From the NCBI RefSeq assembly GCF_006345805.1, contig NC_043004.1:59086001-59150000 (forward strand): DNA of 64,000 nucleotides, in the 5' to 3' direction. Shown here in pieces: positions 25,108-37,434 of this stretch. A model generated the notes under the pieces. It made no database searches and was not told the origin of the DNA. It was given only the letters and a program-made list of their open reading frames with translations. The stretch is from Octopus sinensis (taxonomy: Eukaryota). Both the position numbers and the translations under genes were made by a program. The first letter of the stretch is position 1. Each line of letters opens with the position of its first letter.

Positions 25108-26710
25108 ATGTCTTGTTGTCGGACATGTTTTTGCTATGTTGGTGAGGAATTTTGACATTTTGTTGAAGCCTTTAATTGTTGAATTGCTGTTGGATTTATA
25201 AACTGTTATACTGTCGCTGAACTGTGAATATTTGTGGAATTGTGCTGTTTCAAGGTGCCGGGGTGTAAGAATTGTTTTTTGTGAAGCCATTTTGACAGTT
25301 TTTAATTTTGAATTTGTGTTATTAAAAAATTGAACTTTGTAAAGCCTTTGTAGGCTTTATTGTTGCGCCCCACCCCGGCGGGGCGGGATTTGAACTGTCG
25401 TCCTCTTTTAGAGGAAAAAACTTATAGGTTTCCATTTTTGAGGAAAATTATTTACTATAATTATATTTTGCTGTTTTTGTGTGTGGAATTAATTTTCGCC
25501 GAGTATATAGGTTGAAATAATTCGAGAAAAATGAGAAAAATGTACCTTCAAAGAGAGTTGTGAAAACGATCAGCCGTTGAAGAAATTTGCTGCAGTTGCA
25601 TGGTAGCAACAGAAAGCATCTTCATACCGATAGAAAAGCTCGATGAGCTTTTGGGAAGAATGAAAGAGGAGGGTGGTGATGTAAAGCTATCACCCTCCTC
25701 CAACGTCGAAGAGTTGAGGAAACGGACAGTCGTTTTTAAAACGTACTGTCCGGAAACGAAGAAGTTCAAGCACTTTGAATAAAACAAGATCGAGAAATGT
25801 CTGACTCCAATATGGAAGGACGTGAAATATATAACAAGGGTCCGGATGTATGGCACAATCGAGACTAGGTTCGAATCAGAGAAAAAGGCCAAAGAGTACT
25901 CAGTGAGCCCCCTGAAAACGAAGGAGGTGGTGCTTCTGCCAACCTACATGGGGAGATGTACTGCCCGTATAAATGTGACAGAAGTACCACCTGAAATTGA
26001 TGCAAGGGAGGTGATAGCCGCTGTATAACAGGACGGATAAAATCAACTTCTTCCAGGTTACATGCTCTGCTCTCCAAAATCGGCTCGGGTATTACTGCAA
26101 TTACTCAGGGGCCTCAGGAAGACATTGAAATACTTCCAGATAGAGTGCTCCTGTGTGAGGAAATTGTCCTCAAAATACAAGTAGAAGGCAAAAAGCCCAC
26201 GTGCTACGAATGTAGCAAAAAGAGCCACATTCATGTGGATTATGAATAGAGGAAAAATGTTAGGCAGACACCAGGCCTCTCAACTGCAAAAAATGACCCC
26301 AAACCCGCACACACATTAGTTCCTACAGTGACAAAAAGTCCCACTCCACTAACTGTGATGCCCGCTCCCAAACACTAGAGATAAGGCTAGTTTTAGCTGT
26401 CCATAACTTGTTCAAGTAGCTTACACTGACCATAGAATGGCCAAGTGTAGACTGGACATAGCTGGTACAATTAAGAGAGGATCCGGCTACTGGAAGCTGA
26501 ACAAGTCTATTTTGTCTTGCGAGGCAAACCGTAGCCGAATAAAGGAATTAGTACAGATGGCGTTAACTGGCGCTGTGGTTAGTAACCGGCAGTGGTTCGT
26601 CCTCAAGAGAGCCATTCGTTTTGAGTCTATTAGGCTTAGCGATCAGCTAAGACTAGATAAGGCCAGAATAGAAGGGAAACAAGTTAAGGACCTAGAGGAG
26701 GCATTAAGGT
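25108..26710 (+). mobile_element. Tx1/L1-clade LINE: 5' UTR, decayed ORF1 and post-endonuclease part of ORF2
   Basis: ORF1 zinc knuckle VEGKKPTCYECSKKSHIHVDY (26181-26245); ORF2 remnant YTDHRM...GSGYWKLNKSIL. Most of the APE domain is deleted. Confidence 0.8.
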
Positions 26711-27990
26711 TGGCACCAATCTCAAATCATCCCAATACCCCAAAAAGGCGATTTATCCCTCATCATTAACTACAGGGGTATATCTCTAATGTCAATTGCT
26801 GCAAAACTGTACAACAAACTGATTCTAAATCGCCTTGTCCTTTTTGTTGAACCTTTGCTCCGAAAGAACCAAAATGGATTCAGACATGGGCCTCAACGCT
26901 GAGCCAGATACTATGCCTACGCAGACTTATTGAAGAATCAAAAGCATTTAATCGCGAACTTGCAATGGTATTTGTAGACTTTTCTAAAGCGTTCGACTCT
27001 GTAGATAGGTACAAGATGTTTGAAATCCTTAAGCTCTATAGGATACCAGACAAAATTATTTCTGCCATCAAGGTCCTCTACACAGATACGTCTTCAACCA
27101 TCTTAACCCCTGACGGAGAAGCATCATCTTTCTCAATCAAAGCCGGAATACTGCAGGGAGACACACTCGCCCCATTTCTTTTCATCATAGTCGTTGACTA
27201 TGTGCTACGTATGTCAGTTGATACCATCTCTGGCAAGGGCTTTGAAATAAAATCAAGAAGAAGTTCCAGACACCCAGCTGAATACTTGACAGACACTGAC
27301 TTTGCTGACGACATCGCTCTTATCAGTGATTCTCTCTCCAATGCCCAGTCTCTTTTACAATCTCTCGAACAAGCCTCAAATTGTGTAGTTCTTTACCTCA
27401 ATGAGGCCAGGACTGAATATATAAACAAGTGCCTGTCCAACAGTGATTGCATCATCCACACTCTCAACAATGCGCCCCTAAATATGGTTTCTGATTATAA
27501 ATATCTTGGGTCATACATATCATCATCTGGAAAAGATTTTCTAACTAGAAAGGGTATGGTCTGGTCAGCCTGTAATGACATGCATATGTTCTGGTCATTA
27601 AATCTAAGTAGAGCCTTCAAACTTGAAATCTTCAAAGCCACTGTCGAACCAATTCTATAATATGGCTCAGAAACCTGGACGTTATCAAAGAAGCTTGAGA
27701 GGCGGCTGGATGGAACCTACACTCGCCTCCTTATGAGAGCTCAAAATCTCTCGTGGAAGCGTCATCCAACCAAACTGCAAATATATGGGAAACTACCACC
27801 TGTGTCATCTCTTGTGAAGGGTAGGAGAGTCCAGTTTGCTGGACATTGTTGTAGAGCTGAAAACGAGGCAATTTCTACTCTTCTCCTCTGGAAGCCATCT
27901 ACTCGCAATACTAGAGGGCGCACACTCTCCTACCCTGATGTAATCTCCAGGGATACAGGCATCCAGCAACAGGACCTCCGTAATGCCATG
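26711..27990 (+). mobile_element. RTE-clade reverse transcriptase segment, truncated at both ends
   Basis: IIPIPKKGD..NYRGISL, QNGFR, FVDFSKAFDSV, GILQGDTLAPFLF, FADDIAL, YKYLGS, YGSETW, FAGHC. One stop at 27658-27660; no tail. Confidence 0.88.
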
Positions 27991-28379
27991 AGAAGTTACC
28001 GGGTCTCGATGGTCTGCCTTATGAAATCTACAAAAGTATGCCAGACTTTTTCGGGCACCTGCTGGCCAGCAACTACGCCAACTGGCGGCAGAATGGGAGA
28101 ATTCCCAAGTCTGCGAGCCAGGGGTGGTGACGTTGATCAGGAAGTACCCGAGCAAGGGGGACGAAATATGGAATTTCTGGCCCATAACTCTGCTAAACAC
28201 AGAGTTAAAGATTGGCGTGGGTCGTGGGCAGACTTGTAGGGGAAGCGCAAACGTGCACTATACCGGGCAGGACGATGCACGACAATCTCCACCTTATACG
28301 CTACTCCTTAGAGAGGGTAGGAAAGCTTCCAGGCGCAGGGGGGGGGACACTGGTACATTTAGACCAGTCTAAAGCATTT
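27991..28379 (+). mobile_element. Tx1/L1 RT N-terminal segment resuming after the RTE piece
   Basis: KLPGLDGLPYEIY, NFWPITLLNTELKI, QTCTIPGRTMHDNLH, LDQSKAF. Confidence 0.85.
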
Positions 28380-28391
28380 TATGTGTGTTTT

Positions 28392-28399
<8 letters not shown>

Positions 28400-28422
<23 letters not shown>

Positions 28423-28625
28423 ATGTGCGTGTGCGTGTTTTTCCCCTCAACATCACTTAACAACCGATGCTGGTGTGTTTACATCCTCGTAACTTAGCGG
28501 TTCCACAGGAGAGACCGATAGTATAAGTTCTAGGCTTACGAAGAATAAGTCCTGGTTTCGATTTGTTCGACTAAAGGTGCTCCAGCATGGCCGCAGTCAA
28601 ATGACTGAAACAAATAAAAGAAAAG
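28400..28625 (+). mobile_element. SINE family A 3' half (head remnant at 25071-25107)
   Basis: ACAACCGATGCTGGTGTGTTTAC...GACTGAAACAAATAAAAG. Confidence 0.85.
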
Positions 28626-30502
28626 AAAATAATTACAGTAGGACGATGGGTTGGCAGAATTCGTTAGAATGTCGGAAAAAAAGCCACGCTGCATACTTTC
28701 CAGTTCTTTATGTTCTGAGTTCAAATTCCTTCGCAGTGAACTTTCTTTTTTAGTATTTCGGTACCGATAAATTAAAGTACCATTCATGTCCTATAGCCTA
28801 ACAAGCTATAGACTACAGAATTGCCACTGCGCACTCGCTTCGACTCTCTTCTAAGTTCAAAACCCACCAAGGTTAACTTTGGTTTTCCTTCTTCCAGGGT
28901 CAATAAAATAAAGTACCAGACAAGTACCAACGTATCGCGTTATCAACTAAATATCTTAACAAAGAAGTTTCTGTTGTAACATAGATAAGACATGGAGTAG
29001 AGGGCGGTTATCCGTTCGTTTTATAGTTTAGTTATTTCGCGTTTCTGAGTTCAAATTCATATCAATCTTTTTCCTTTTATCACTATAGCGACAAAAAATA
29101 CAGGTAAGACATCGAGTTTCAGGAACCTTTTGTTCCAAATCATTTCCGGATTACTAATTTTTCCGGACCAGACGTGATCCCCTCTAAATTAAACAGATAT
29201 CGTTTTCAAATTTCGACACAAGACCAGCAGTTTCGGGGGAGGAGCTAAGTCGATTACATCGGCCCCAGTACATCAGTGGTACTTAATTCATCGAACCCTA
29301 AAGGATGAAAGGCAAATTCGACCTCGGTGGAATATGGACTCAGAATATGAACTAAGACAGACGAAATGCCGCTAAGAATCTTTTGCACGGCTTGATAATG
29401 ATTCTGCTTACTCTCCGCCTTAAATTAATCAAATATTAAGTTTATTTCAATAATTAAATGAAATTCAGGTACCTGCACATTAATATAAATTGTTCCCATT
29501 CATTAAAAATGTGCAAGCTACTGTGAAACAGGATTGCCCAGTAAACGAATTTGGCAACCGCGAGAATTTCAAGTTCCTGCTCATAATTAGTGGAGATTAG
29601 AAGAGGTTCTGGATCATCTGTGTCTGGAAATTTGGTATTTCACCTATAATGACTTTGAGTATAAGCGTAATTAAGAAAAGGGTTCGGTCGTGTATATCGA
29701 TTTCCGGTTTATGATAGTTTTTTTTTATCATAGCATTGTATAAACCTCAAAAAGAGAAGGTGAAGACAACTGTTGGCGATAGTGAATCCAGAACGTGTTA
29801 ATCTGTAATTAGATACTTACAAGGAGTGTAATCAATCCACTGCTAAGAAGCATTGCCAAAATAATATTCAATAATAGTTCACACCTGTCTTATATATATT
29901 AAAGAACATCTTATGAATATCTAAAGCGATGTGTTATTTTGACCAGTAATTTATTTATGCATGCGTGGGTGTGCGTTTGTGTGCGCACTATATAGGCGCA
30001 GAGCAAGAGGGTGGCGGAAATATAAAAATAATATTAAAGGTAGAGTAAAATAGAATTTTATTGAAGCAGGAAACACTTCAAATAAAGTTACTCAGAGTTT
30101 CCTGTAACCGTTAATCCCCCCCCCTCATTCGTGATTATTTGGAACAATGCAAAGATTTCCGACTGAAGAATCACTACTAGGCGGGTTCTTACACGTTTTT
30201 CTACATATATACCTATGTAACTTGTATTAGGTTATGAAACACATGTAATGGGAGACAAATAATAGCAAACATTTATTTCGGTCTTCCGTTTTGATATGTA
30301 GATACTCTGAAAAAGGTATCTTCCAGTATTTTCCGGTATTCTCCAGTATCTTCAAGTCTCATACAAAATATAACCTCTACATATATATGTATGTATGTAT
30401 GCATGTATGTATGTATGTATGTATGTATGTATGTATGTATGTAGTATGTATGTATGTATGTATGTATGCATGTATGTATATATATGTATGTATGTATGTA
30501 TG

Positions 30503-30543
<41 letters not shown>

Positions 30544-30761
30544 GCATATATATATGTATGTATGTATGTATATGTATGTATATATATATGTATGTATATA
30601 TATGTATATATATATGTATTATATATGTATATATATGTATATATATGTATATACATATATGCATATATATATTTATGTGTATGTATATATATATATATAT
30701 ATGTATGTATATGTATGTATGCATATGTATGTATATATATGTATATATATGTATATATGTA

Positions 30762-30840
<79 letters not shown>

Positions 30841-31046
30841 GTGAAATAGAAAGATGAATAATCTTGTAGTATATTAATCAAAAGTTTAACCGATACCTTG
30901 GTAGCAAAAATCACAGCAGTAAACAGCACGGTTGGAGGTACAACCATATGGTGTTGCAACCGTGCGTTGGTGCGGATAATTGAAATTAAAATATTATTGG
31001 TGAATTGAAGAAATGGAGCTGAACGCAGATTGAACAGAAATCGTTT

Positions 31047-31139
31047 TATTTCATTCTACACGTGTTTCGAAAGGCACAATTTACCAAAATCCGATTGAAT
31101 AATGGGACCATATTGTGTCTTTCTCTTCAGGAAGAAATA
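31047..31139 (-). ncRNA. Type-I hammerhead ribozyme, canonical core (mirror copy)
   Basis: Exact reverse complement of 31355-31447. Confidence 0.85.
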
Positions 31140-31354
31140 GGAAATCCGTTGGAAAAAACAAAAGCAGAACAGAGGCGGAGCAAAACAAATCGAACTAGGC
31201 TCCTAAGAGCCCATGGCAAAACTGTTTATCAGTGTATGTTGAGAACCGGTGGCTGCGTAAATTCTTCAGCCACCGGTTCTCAACATACTAGGAGCCTAGT
31301 TCGATTTGTTTTGCTCCGCCTCTGTTCTGTTTTTGTTTTTTCCAACGGATTTCC

Positions 31355-31447
31355 TATTTCTTCCTGAAGAGAAAGACACAATATGGTCCCATTATTCAAT
31401 CGGATTTTGGTAAATTGTGCCTTTCGAAACACGTGTAGAATGAAATA
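31355..31447 (+). ncRNA. Type-I hammerhead ribozyme, canonical core
   Basis: Stem I TATTTCTTC/GAA(T)GAAATA; CTGAAGA at 31364-31370; stem II GAAAG-A-CACAAT/ATTGTG-C-CTTTC; GAAA; palindromic stem III ACACGTGT; GUA with predicted cut after 31437. Confidence 0.85.
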
Positions 31448-31544
31448 AAACGATTTCTGTTCAATCTGCGTTCAGCTCCATTTCTTCAATTCACCAATAA
31501 TATATATATATATATATGATATATATGTCTTTTATCTATTATCG

Positions 31545-31942
31545 TTTATTTGTTTCAGGCATTAAAGTGTGGCCATTCTAGAGCACCGCCTTGAAGGAAT
31601 TTAGTCGAATTTATCGACCGCACCACTTTCTTTTTTTCAGAAAGTCTGGTACCTATTCCATCGTTCTCCATTGCCGAAACGCTAGCTTGTGGGAACACAC
31701 CGACTCCGGTTGACAAGCCCTGGTGGCGGTAGTGACAAACACATGCACGAAGAAACGCACACACACACACACACATATGCTACGGGATTCTTTCAGTTTC
31801 CATCTGCAAAATCCACTCCCGAGGCTTTAGTCAGTCCTTGGTTATAGTAGAAGACACTTACTCAAGGTTCCACACACTGGGACTGAACCCAGAACCATGT
31901 GGTTGGGAAGCAAACTTCTTACCACATAGCCAAGCCTGTGCC
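31545..31942 (-). mobile_element. SINE family A, diverged full length
   Basis: Reverse-complement head, CORE-like segment, (CA)n spacer and 3' body. Confidence 0.8.
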
Positions 31943-32641
31943 TCAATATATTCACACACACACATACACGCACGCACTCACACACACATACACGCACATA
32001 CACGCACACTCACACACACACACACACACACACACTTATAAATTCAACAACAAATGGTTAAAACACTCCCGTGAATGGAAATATACTGGTATTGTATAGT
32101 TATTTGCAAATCATGTAAGAAACGAAAATGTAATTAACTCCACAGTATGCTTTTACGAAGGCAATAATTAAATAATGAAAGCTAGACATTCGGCATACAA
32201 CGGTGAAAGATATCACTACAACCATCATATAACAAAAAAAAATCATATCCCAGTACACAGGGTTTTAAGAGTTTACTGACCATGCCAGATGATATCAAAT
32301 ATCTTCGTTGATATGCTGCTAAAAGATATAACAGCAACCTTAGTTTTCAGTAATGAACATTGACTGATGTTGAATGATGCAAATCAAATACATTAACTTT
32401 ATCTAAGAGACCAGCGATATTAATTATTTTCAAGAGATAAAACTAATGTGCATTCCCTATGATCACGATAAATGTTATGATAGCCTGGTTACGTGCAGCA
32501 TTCTCACATTTGATGATGTGTGTGCGTATATATGTAACTGGCTGATTATCTGTTTCTCTCTTCCTACCTACAAACACACGCACATACACACAAATATATA
32601 TATATATTCATACATATATAACATATATATATACATATATA

Positions 32642-32710
<69 letters not shown>

Positions 32711-32741
32711 CCTGTATACATACATATACTGGTCTGACTAC

Positions 32742-32783
32742 GCTACATTGAAAAGAGGCAATACCCCGAAACGCGTCTGTAGC
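32742..32783 (+). ncRNA. Minimal type-I hammerhead with U3-A8 covariation
   Basis: GCTACA TTGAAAA GAGG-CAATA-CCCC GAA ACGCGT C TGTAGC: 6-bp stem I, palindromic stem III, GUC triplet. Confidence 0.8.
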
Positions 32784-32991
32784 TGTCGGTCAAGTAGTGT
32801 GGAGCGACTGACCTCCCTTGTTCGAAGGTTATATGGATACAGTTTGTGTATCAAATAGCTAACTTAAGGCGATGGCCTCATGGAGCTAATAAGCGGACAG
32901 CTTTATTCTTATTTTTATAAGAATGCCATATTAGTATGGCGATAACTATTATATATATATATATGTATATATATGTATGTATATATATATA

Positions 32992-33039
<48 letters not shown>

Positions 33040-33044
33040 TTGTT

Positions 33045-33093
<49 letters not shown>

Positions 33094-33257
33094 TTTGAAA
33101 GTATGTTTATACTGATATTGGTACAACCATATATGAATCAAAAACTTACCAGGAGACTTTTTGGTGTACAATATTGTAACGTAATTGAATATTCTATGGG
33201 AATAAGAAATACGATCATTAACTCACTTTCTACGTAGGGCGCTTATCTTTCATCAAA

Positions 33258-33755
33258 CTAGCACTATGACCCGGCGTTGCTGGGTCTAATGCTAGTACTT
33301 GCTGTTTGTTGCCGGGTCGCAGTAAACATTTCTCACTAAATCAAGAGCTGAATTTCTTATCACATTTCAACCTGGGCCAGTTTTGTTATTTATGAGCTAG
33401 TTGGAGCTTTTTATGAGAGTAATTAATATTCATTGGACTTCGGTTTTCACACCTGGAACGGCATAATCATGGAAATTTAGCGAGACTGTGCACATGCCAT
33501 TAGTCGAACAAAAAAGGTGGCAGAAGAAAACGAAAAACTCGAATTTGGCCGCAAAATAACTTATGGGCATATGGGGTCGGTTTATCAATTTTTAAATGGC
33601 TTTCTAGGGTGACTGGGGAAAAGGAAAAGATCTTCACGACCACCCCTAGACAGTTTTGAAAGCCCATAGAAAATGCGAGCCTTTTAGGTGAAAAACTGTG
33701 GATTTGTATAAAGGACATACAGACACAGATATTTTGCCGTTTATAGATATAGAGA
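33258..33755 (-). mobile_element. Non-autonomous Helitron
   Basis: Minus strand A|TCTCTATATCTATAAACGGC...GACCCAGCAACGCCGGGTC-ATAGTG-CTAG|T. Confidence 0.8.
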
Positions 33756-34125
33756 TTACTAAATAGAATGGAATAAATGAATCACTGACGGATTATGTTA
33801 CTGGAACGTGAGCAATGAAAAACATTATATCAGAATTTTGATATTTAGTCGCAATTTGAAAAATCAGAACGACATGTACTGAGGAAATGAGTGTGAGGTC
33901 AACTAATTGATGCTGGTACTTCACCACGGCGGCCTACACTTCATCTTTGTAGGAACTACTACACTTTAAACAATATAGAAGTTATGAATACTTTAAGTTT
34001 CAATTAATGTTTCTATTAGACTGGATCGTCAAGTAGGGTTTTTCAAGTGGTTGGTGATAATGGTTCATTGAAGACACATTTTAAAGACAACATATGAGTT
34101 CAGTGTAAAGAAAGAGCATATTTAA

Positions 34126-34886
34126 TGGGAGAGAGAAGAGAGAGAGGGAGGGAGAGGGAGAGAGAGAGGGTGGGAAGGAGTTAGAGAGGGAGGGAGGGAG
34201 TTAGAGAGAGGTGGGGGAGTGGAACGGGAAACATAAACCGAATGCAAATAACACACACACACATACATACATGTGTATATGTATGTGCAGATATATAATG
34301 TAAAATATGCGTGTATTTGTAAATCTGAACGTACCTACGCATCCTGAGATCGAATTTAAAGTAATGTGAATTCCATGAGAACGGGAAATTGAAAAGAAGA
34401 GGAACAGAGGAAGTGATCATGAGTAACAAGCAAGCAATAGAATGATAAATGGAAATGGATGGAGAGAGAAAGAAGAGAGCCAAAACTAAGAGGGAGGAGA
34501 GAGAGAGAGAAAGAATGATAGAGAGAGAGAGAGAGAAAGAATAAGAGACAGAGAGAAAGAGAAGGGATAAGAGAGAGAGAGAAAGGATAAGAGAGAGAAA
34601 GGATAAGAGAGAGAGAGAGAAAGGATAGGAGAGAGAGAGAAAGAATGAGAGAGAGAGAGAGAGAAAGGATAAGAGAGAGAGAGAGAGAAAGGATAGGAGA
34701 GAGAGAGAGAGAAAGGATAGGAGAGAGAGAGAGAGAAAGAATGATAGAGAGAGAGAGAGAAAGGATAGGAGAGAGAGAGAGAGAGAAAGAATGATAGAGA
34801 GAGAGAGAAAGGATAAGAGAGAGAGAGAAAGGATAAGAGAGAGAGAGAGAGAAAAAGGATAGGAGAGAGAGAGAGAGAGAGAGAGA
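34126..34886. repeat. Purine-rich (GA)n compound arrays with AGGATA/AGAATGATA interruptions
   Basis: Directly visible; explains the Leu/Ser-rich minus-strand ORFs. Confidence 0.9.
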
Positions 34887-35303
34887 GTACAAGACTTCAA
34901 CGGAAAAGTAGAACTTTTGAAAGGATTAGTTCATTATTAAAACAGAGCAATACTTAAGATATTTACCGTCAATGAGAGTCTACAGCGACTCGTGTTCAAG
35001 AGGCCTACTTGAGTATTTAGTTTGTGAACGAGGGCAGTGTCCAAAGTCATTACAGGAGTGCTTGCGTATTCAGTCATTGAACAAGTGTTGTGTCTTTTAT
35101 TAATACAGAAGTCTTTTATTATTGTACTATTCTTTTAGTAAAGTACCAGGCACTGCTCAATGCTTAACTCAGAACTACATGAAGAATTGCGGTATCGATG
35201 GTCATTGCAGGAGTTTTAATCATTGAAAGTGGGCAGACTCCAAAATAATTTCAGTTGATTTTGTTGAAAAAAATCCATTTCTGATTCTTCTTTATAATAC
35301 TTA

Positions 35304-35401
<98 letters not shown>

Positions 35402-35544
35402 ATATATATGTATATATATTATATATATATATATAGGTATGTATCTATATACATATATATATACACATATATATATATACATACATATATACACATATAT
35501 ATATATATATCTATATATATATATATATACACATACATATATAC

Positions 35545-35587
<43 letters not shown>

Positions 35588-35624
35588 ATATACACACACA
35601 GACATATATACATTATATATATAG

Positions 35625-35659
<35 letters not shown>

Positions 35660-35694
35660 TATATAAACATATATATACACATACATATATACAC

Positions 35695-35727
<33 letters not shown>

Positions 35728-35850
35728 AGTTCAGCAAAAATTTAGATTCAAGTGAATATGGTACTTAATTTAAATGCACCACAATTCTGTATGGTGTTAT
35801 CCATAAAAATCCGTGGGGTGATTATAATAAAAATAAGCAACAAGTATGAC

Positions 35851-35882
<32 letters not shown>

Positions 35883-35884
35883 GT

Positions 35885-35931
<47 letters not shown>

Positions 35932-36024
35932 GTATTATTTATTTAGTCGTAAAATATTTAATGTCTAAGAAGTTAATATTTCATCATTGAAAGCGAATAG
36001 TTTTCAAAATACTTATAACATTAT

Positions 36025-36524
36025 TCAGGTACAGAGGGCTCTATCTTCCTTACTTTGGTCGAGGTATCTCGTTAAACTCTCGAGTTCGATACGCACACAG
36101 TCTTCCACATTTATCAGTCCCCTTCCTCCATTTGCTCTCTTCATGTAAAGGCGATCAGTGTCTGCACATGGATGCATCGTTAGGAGCTTTCTTGACTTCC
36201 TGTCCATTTCCTTTAGCTTCTCTTGTGTCCACTTCAGGATTCCAGCGCCATACCGGACTACTACGACTGCGCGAGAATTCATTGCCGAAATTATGTTTCT
36301 AGCATTCAGTGTTAAAGACAATATTTTTCTCACTCGCCGTAGGTACCCTCTTTTTCTCCTTTCCTTCCTGTCATGGTGTTTGGTTTCATCTACCTCAAAT
36401 ATTCCCAGGTATTTATAACTGGATTGCTTTCATCATTTCACCACTTGGCAACCATTTGCCTTCTGTGTTGGCAATCTTACTTCATCTCATCACCATCGTA
36501 ACACATTTTGAGAGTCCAAACTCC

Positions 36525-36525
<1 letters not shown>
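36025..36525 (-). mobile_element. Dong/R4-type RT C-terminal fragment, 5'-truncated
   Basis: EFGLSKC...YLRRVRKIL..LNARNII..RYGAGILKW...DTDRLYMKRANGGRGL; begins right after (TAA)n on its own strand (36526-36592). Confidence 0.8.
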
Positions 36526-36593
<68 letters not shown>

Positions 36594-36597
36594 CCTT

Positions 36598-36810
36598 AAG
36601 GCGGGGAGCTGGCAGAATTGTTAGCACGACGGGCAAAATGCATGACGGCATTTCGTCCGTCTTTACATTCTGAGTTCAAATTTCACCGAGCATGACTTTT
36701 CCATTCATACTTTCGGAGTCGATAAATAAAGTACAACTCAAGTACTGGGGTCGATATAATCAACTATCCCGCTCCTCACAAATTCCAGGCTTGTGCCTAG
36801 TGTAGAAAGG
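36598..36810 (+). mobile_element. SINE family B
   Basis: AAGGCGGGGAGCTGGCAGAATTGTTAGCACG head, B-box and Deu-like motif. Confidence 0.85.
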
Positions 36811-37298
36811 ATTATCCTCCTCCTCCTCCTCCTCCACACCATCACCACCACCACCCACCACCACTACTACTACTACTACTACTATTACTACCACCACCAC
36901 CACACCACAACCCCACCACCACCACACACCACTACTACTACTACTACTACTATTACTACCACCACCACCACCACCAACACCACCACCACACCACCACCAC
37001 CACCACCACCACCACACCACCACCACCACCACCACTACTACTCTACTACTACTACTTACTACTACTACTACTACTACTTGTTGCAGCAGAGTGAGTGGAA
37101 GTCTTGTTCTCAGAGAGTTTATCATGTTTGTCCACGTTCTCGCCTGTATATATATTTTTTTCATATTTACTCACCATGCATGGATTATCGATCTCATTAT
37201 TCGTAACACTGGCGCCATTGTGGTGTCTGTTCGTATTGCCCTCATTCGTTCTACAATAAGTATAATATTCTTACTGTTAATGCAATTATATTTACAAA

Positions 37299-37355
<57 letters not shown>

Positions 37356-37383
37356 CATTATTATCATTATTATTATTATTATT

Positions 37384-37429
<46 letters not shown>

Positions 37430-37434
37430 TTGTT

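Larger units (their letters stand above)
30991..31503. repeat. 513-bp near-perfect palindrome (foldback)
   Basis: Arms 30991-31255 and 31267-31503, 11-nt loop, one substitution, and a 28-nt segment (31206-31233) present only in the left arm. Confidence 0.97.

Noticed and set aside
30273-30857. Tyr/Ile/Val/Cys-rich ORFs here and throughout the track
   Set aside because: Translations of (TA)n, (TG)n and (TATG)n arrays.
34325-34360. Possible 9-nt minus-strand microexon (CAG|GATGCGTAG|GTACGT) after a pyrimidine tract
   Set aside because: The splice-like words are short, the tract is a microsatellite, and no host gene is evident.
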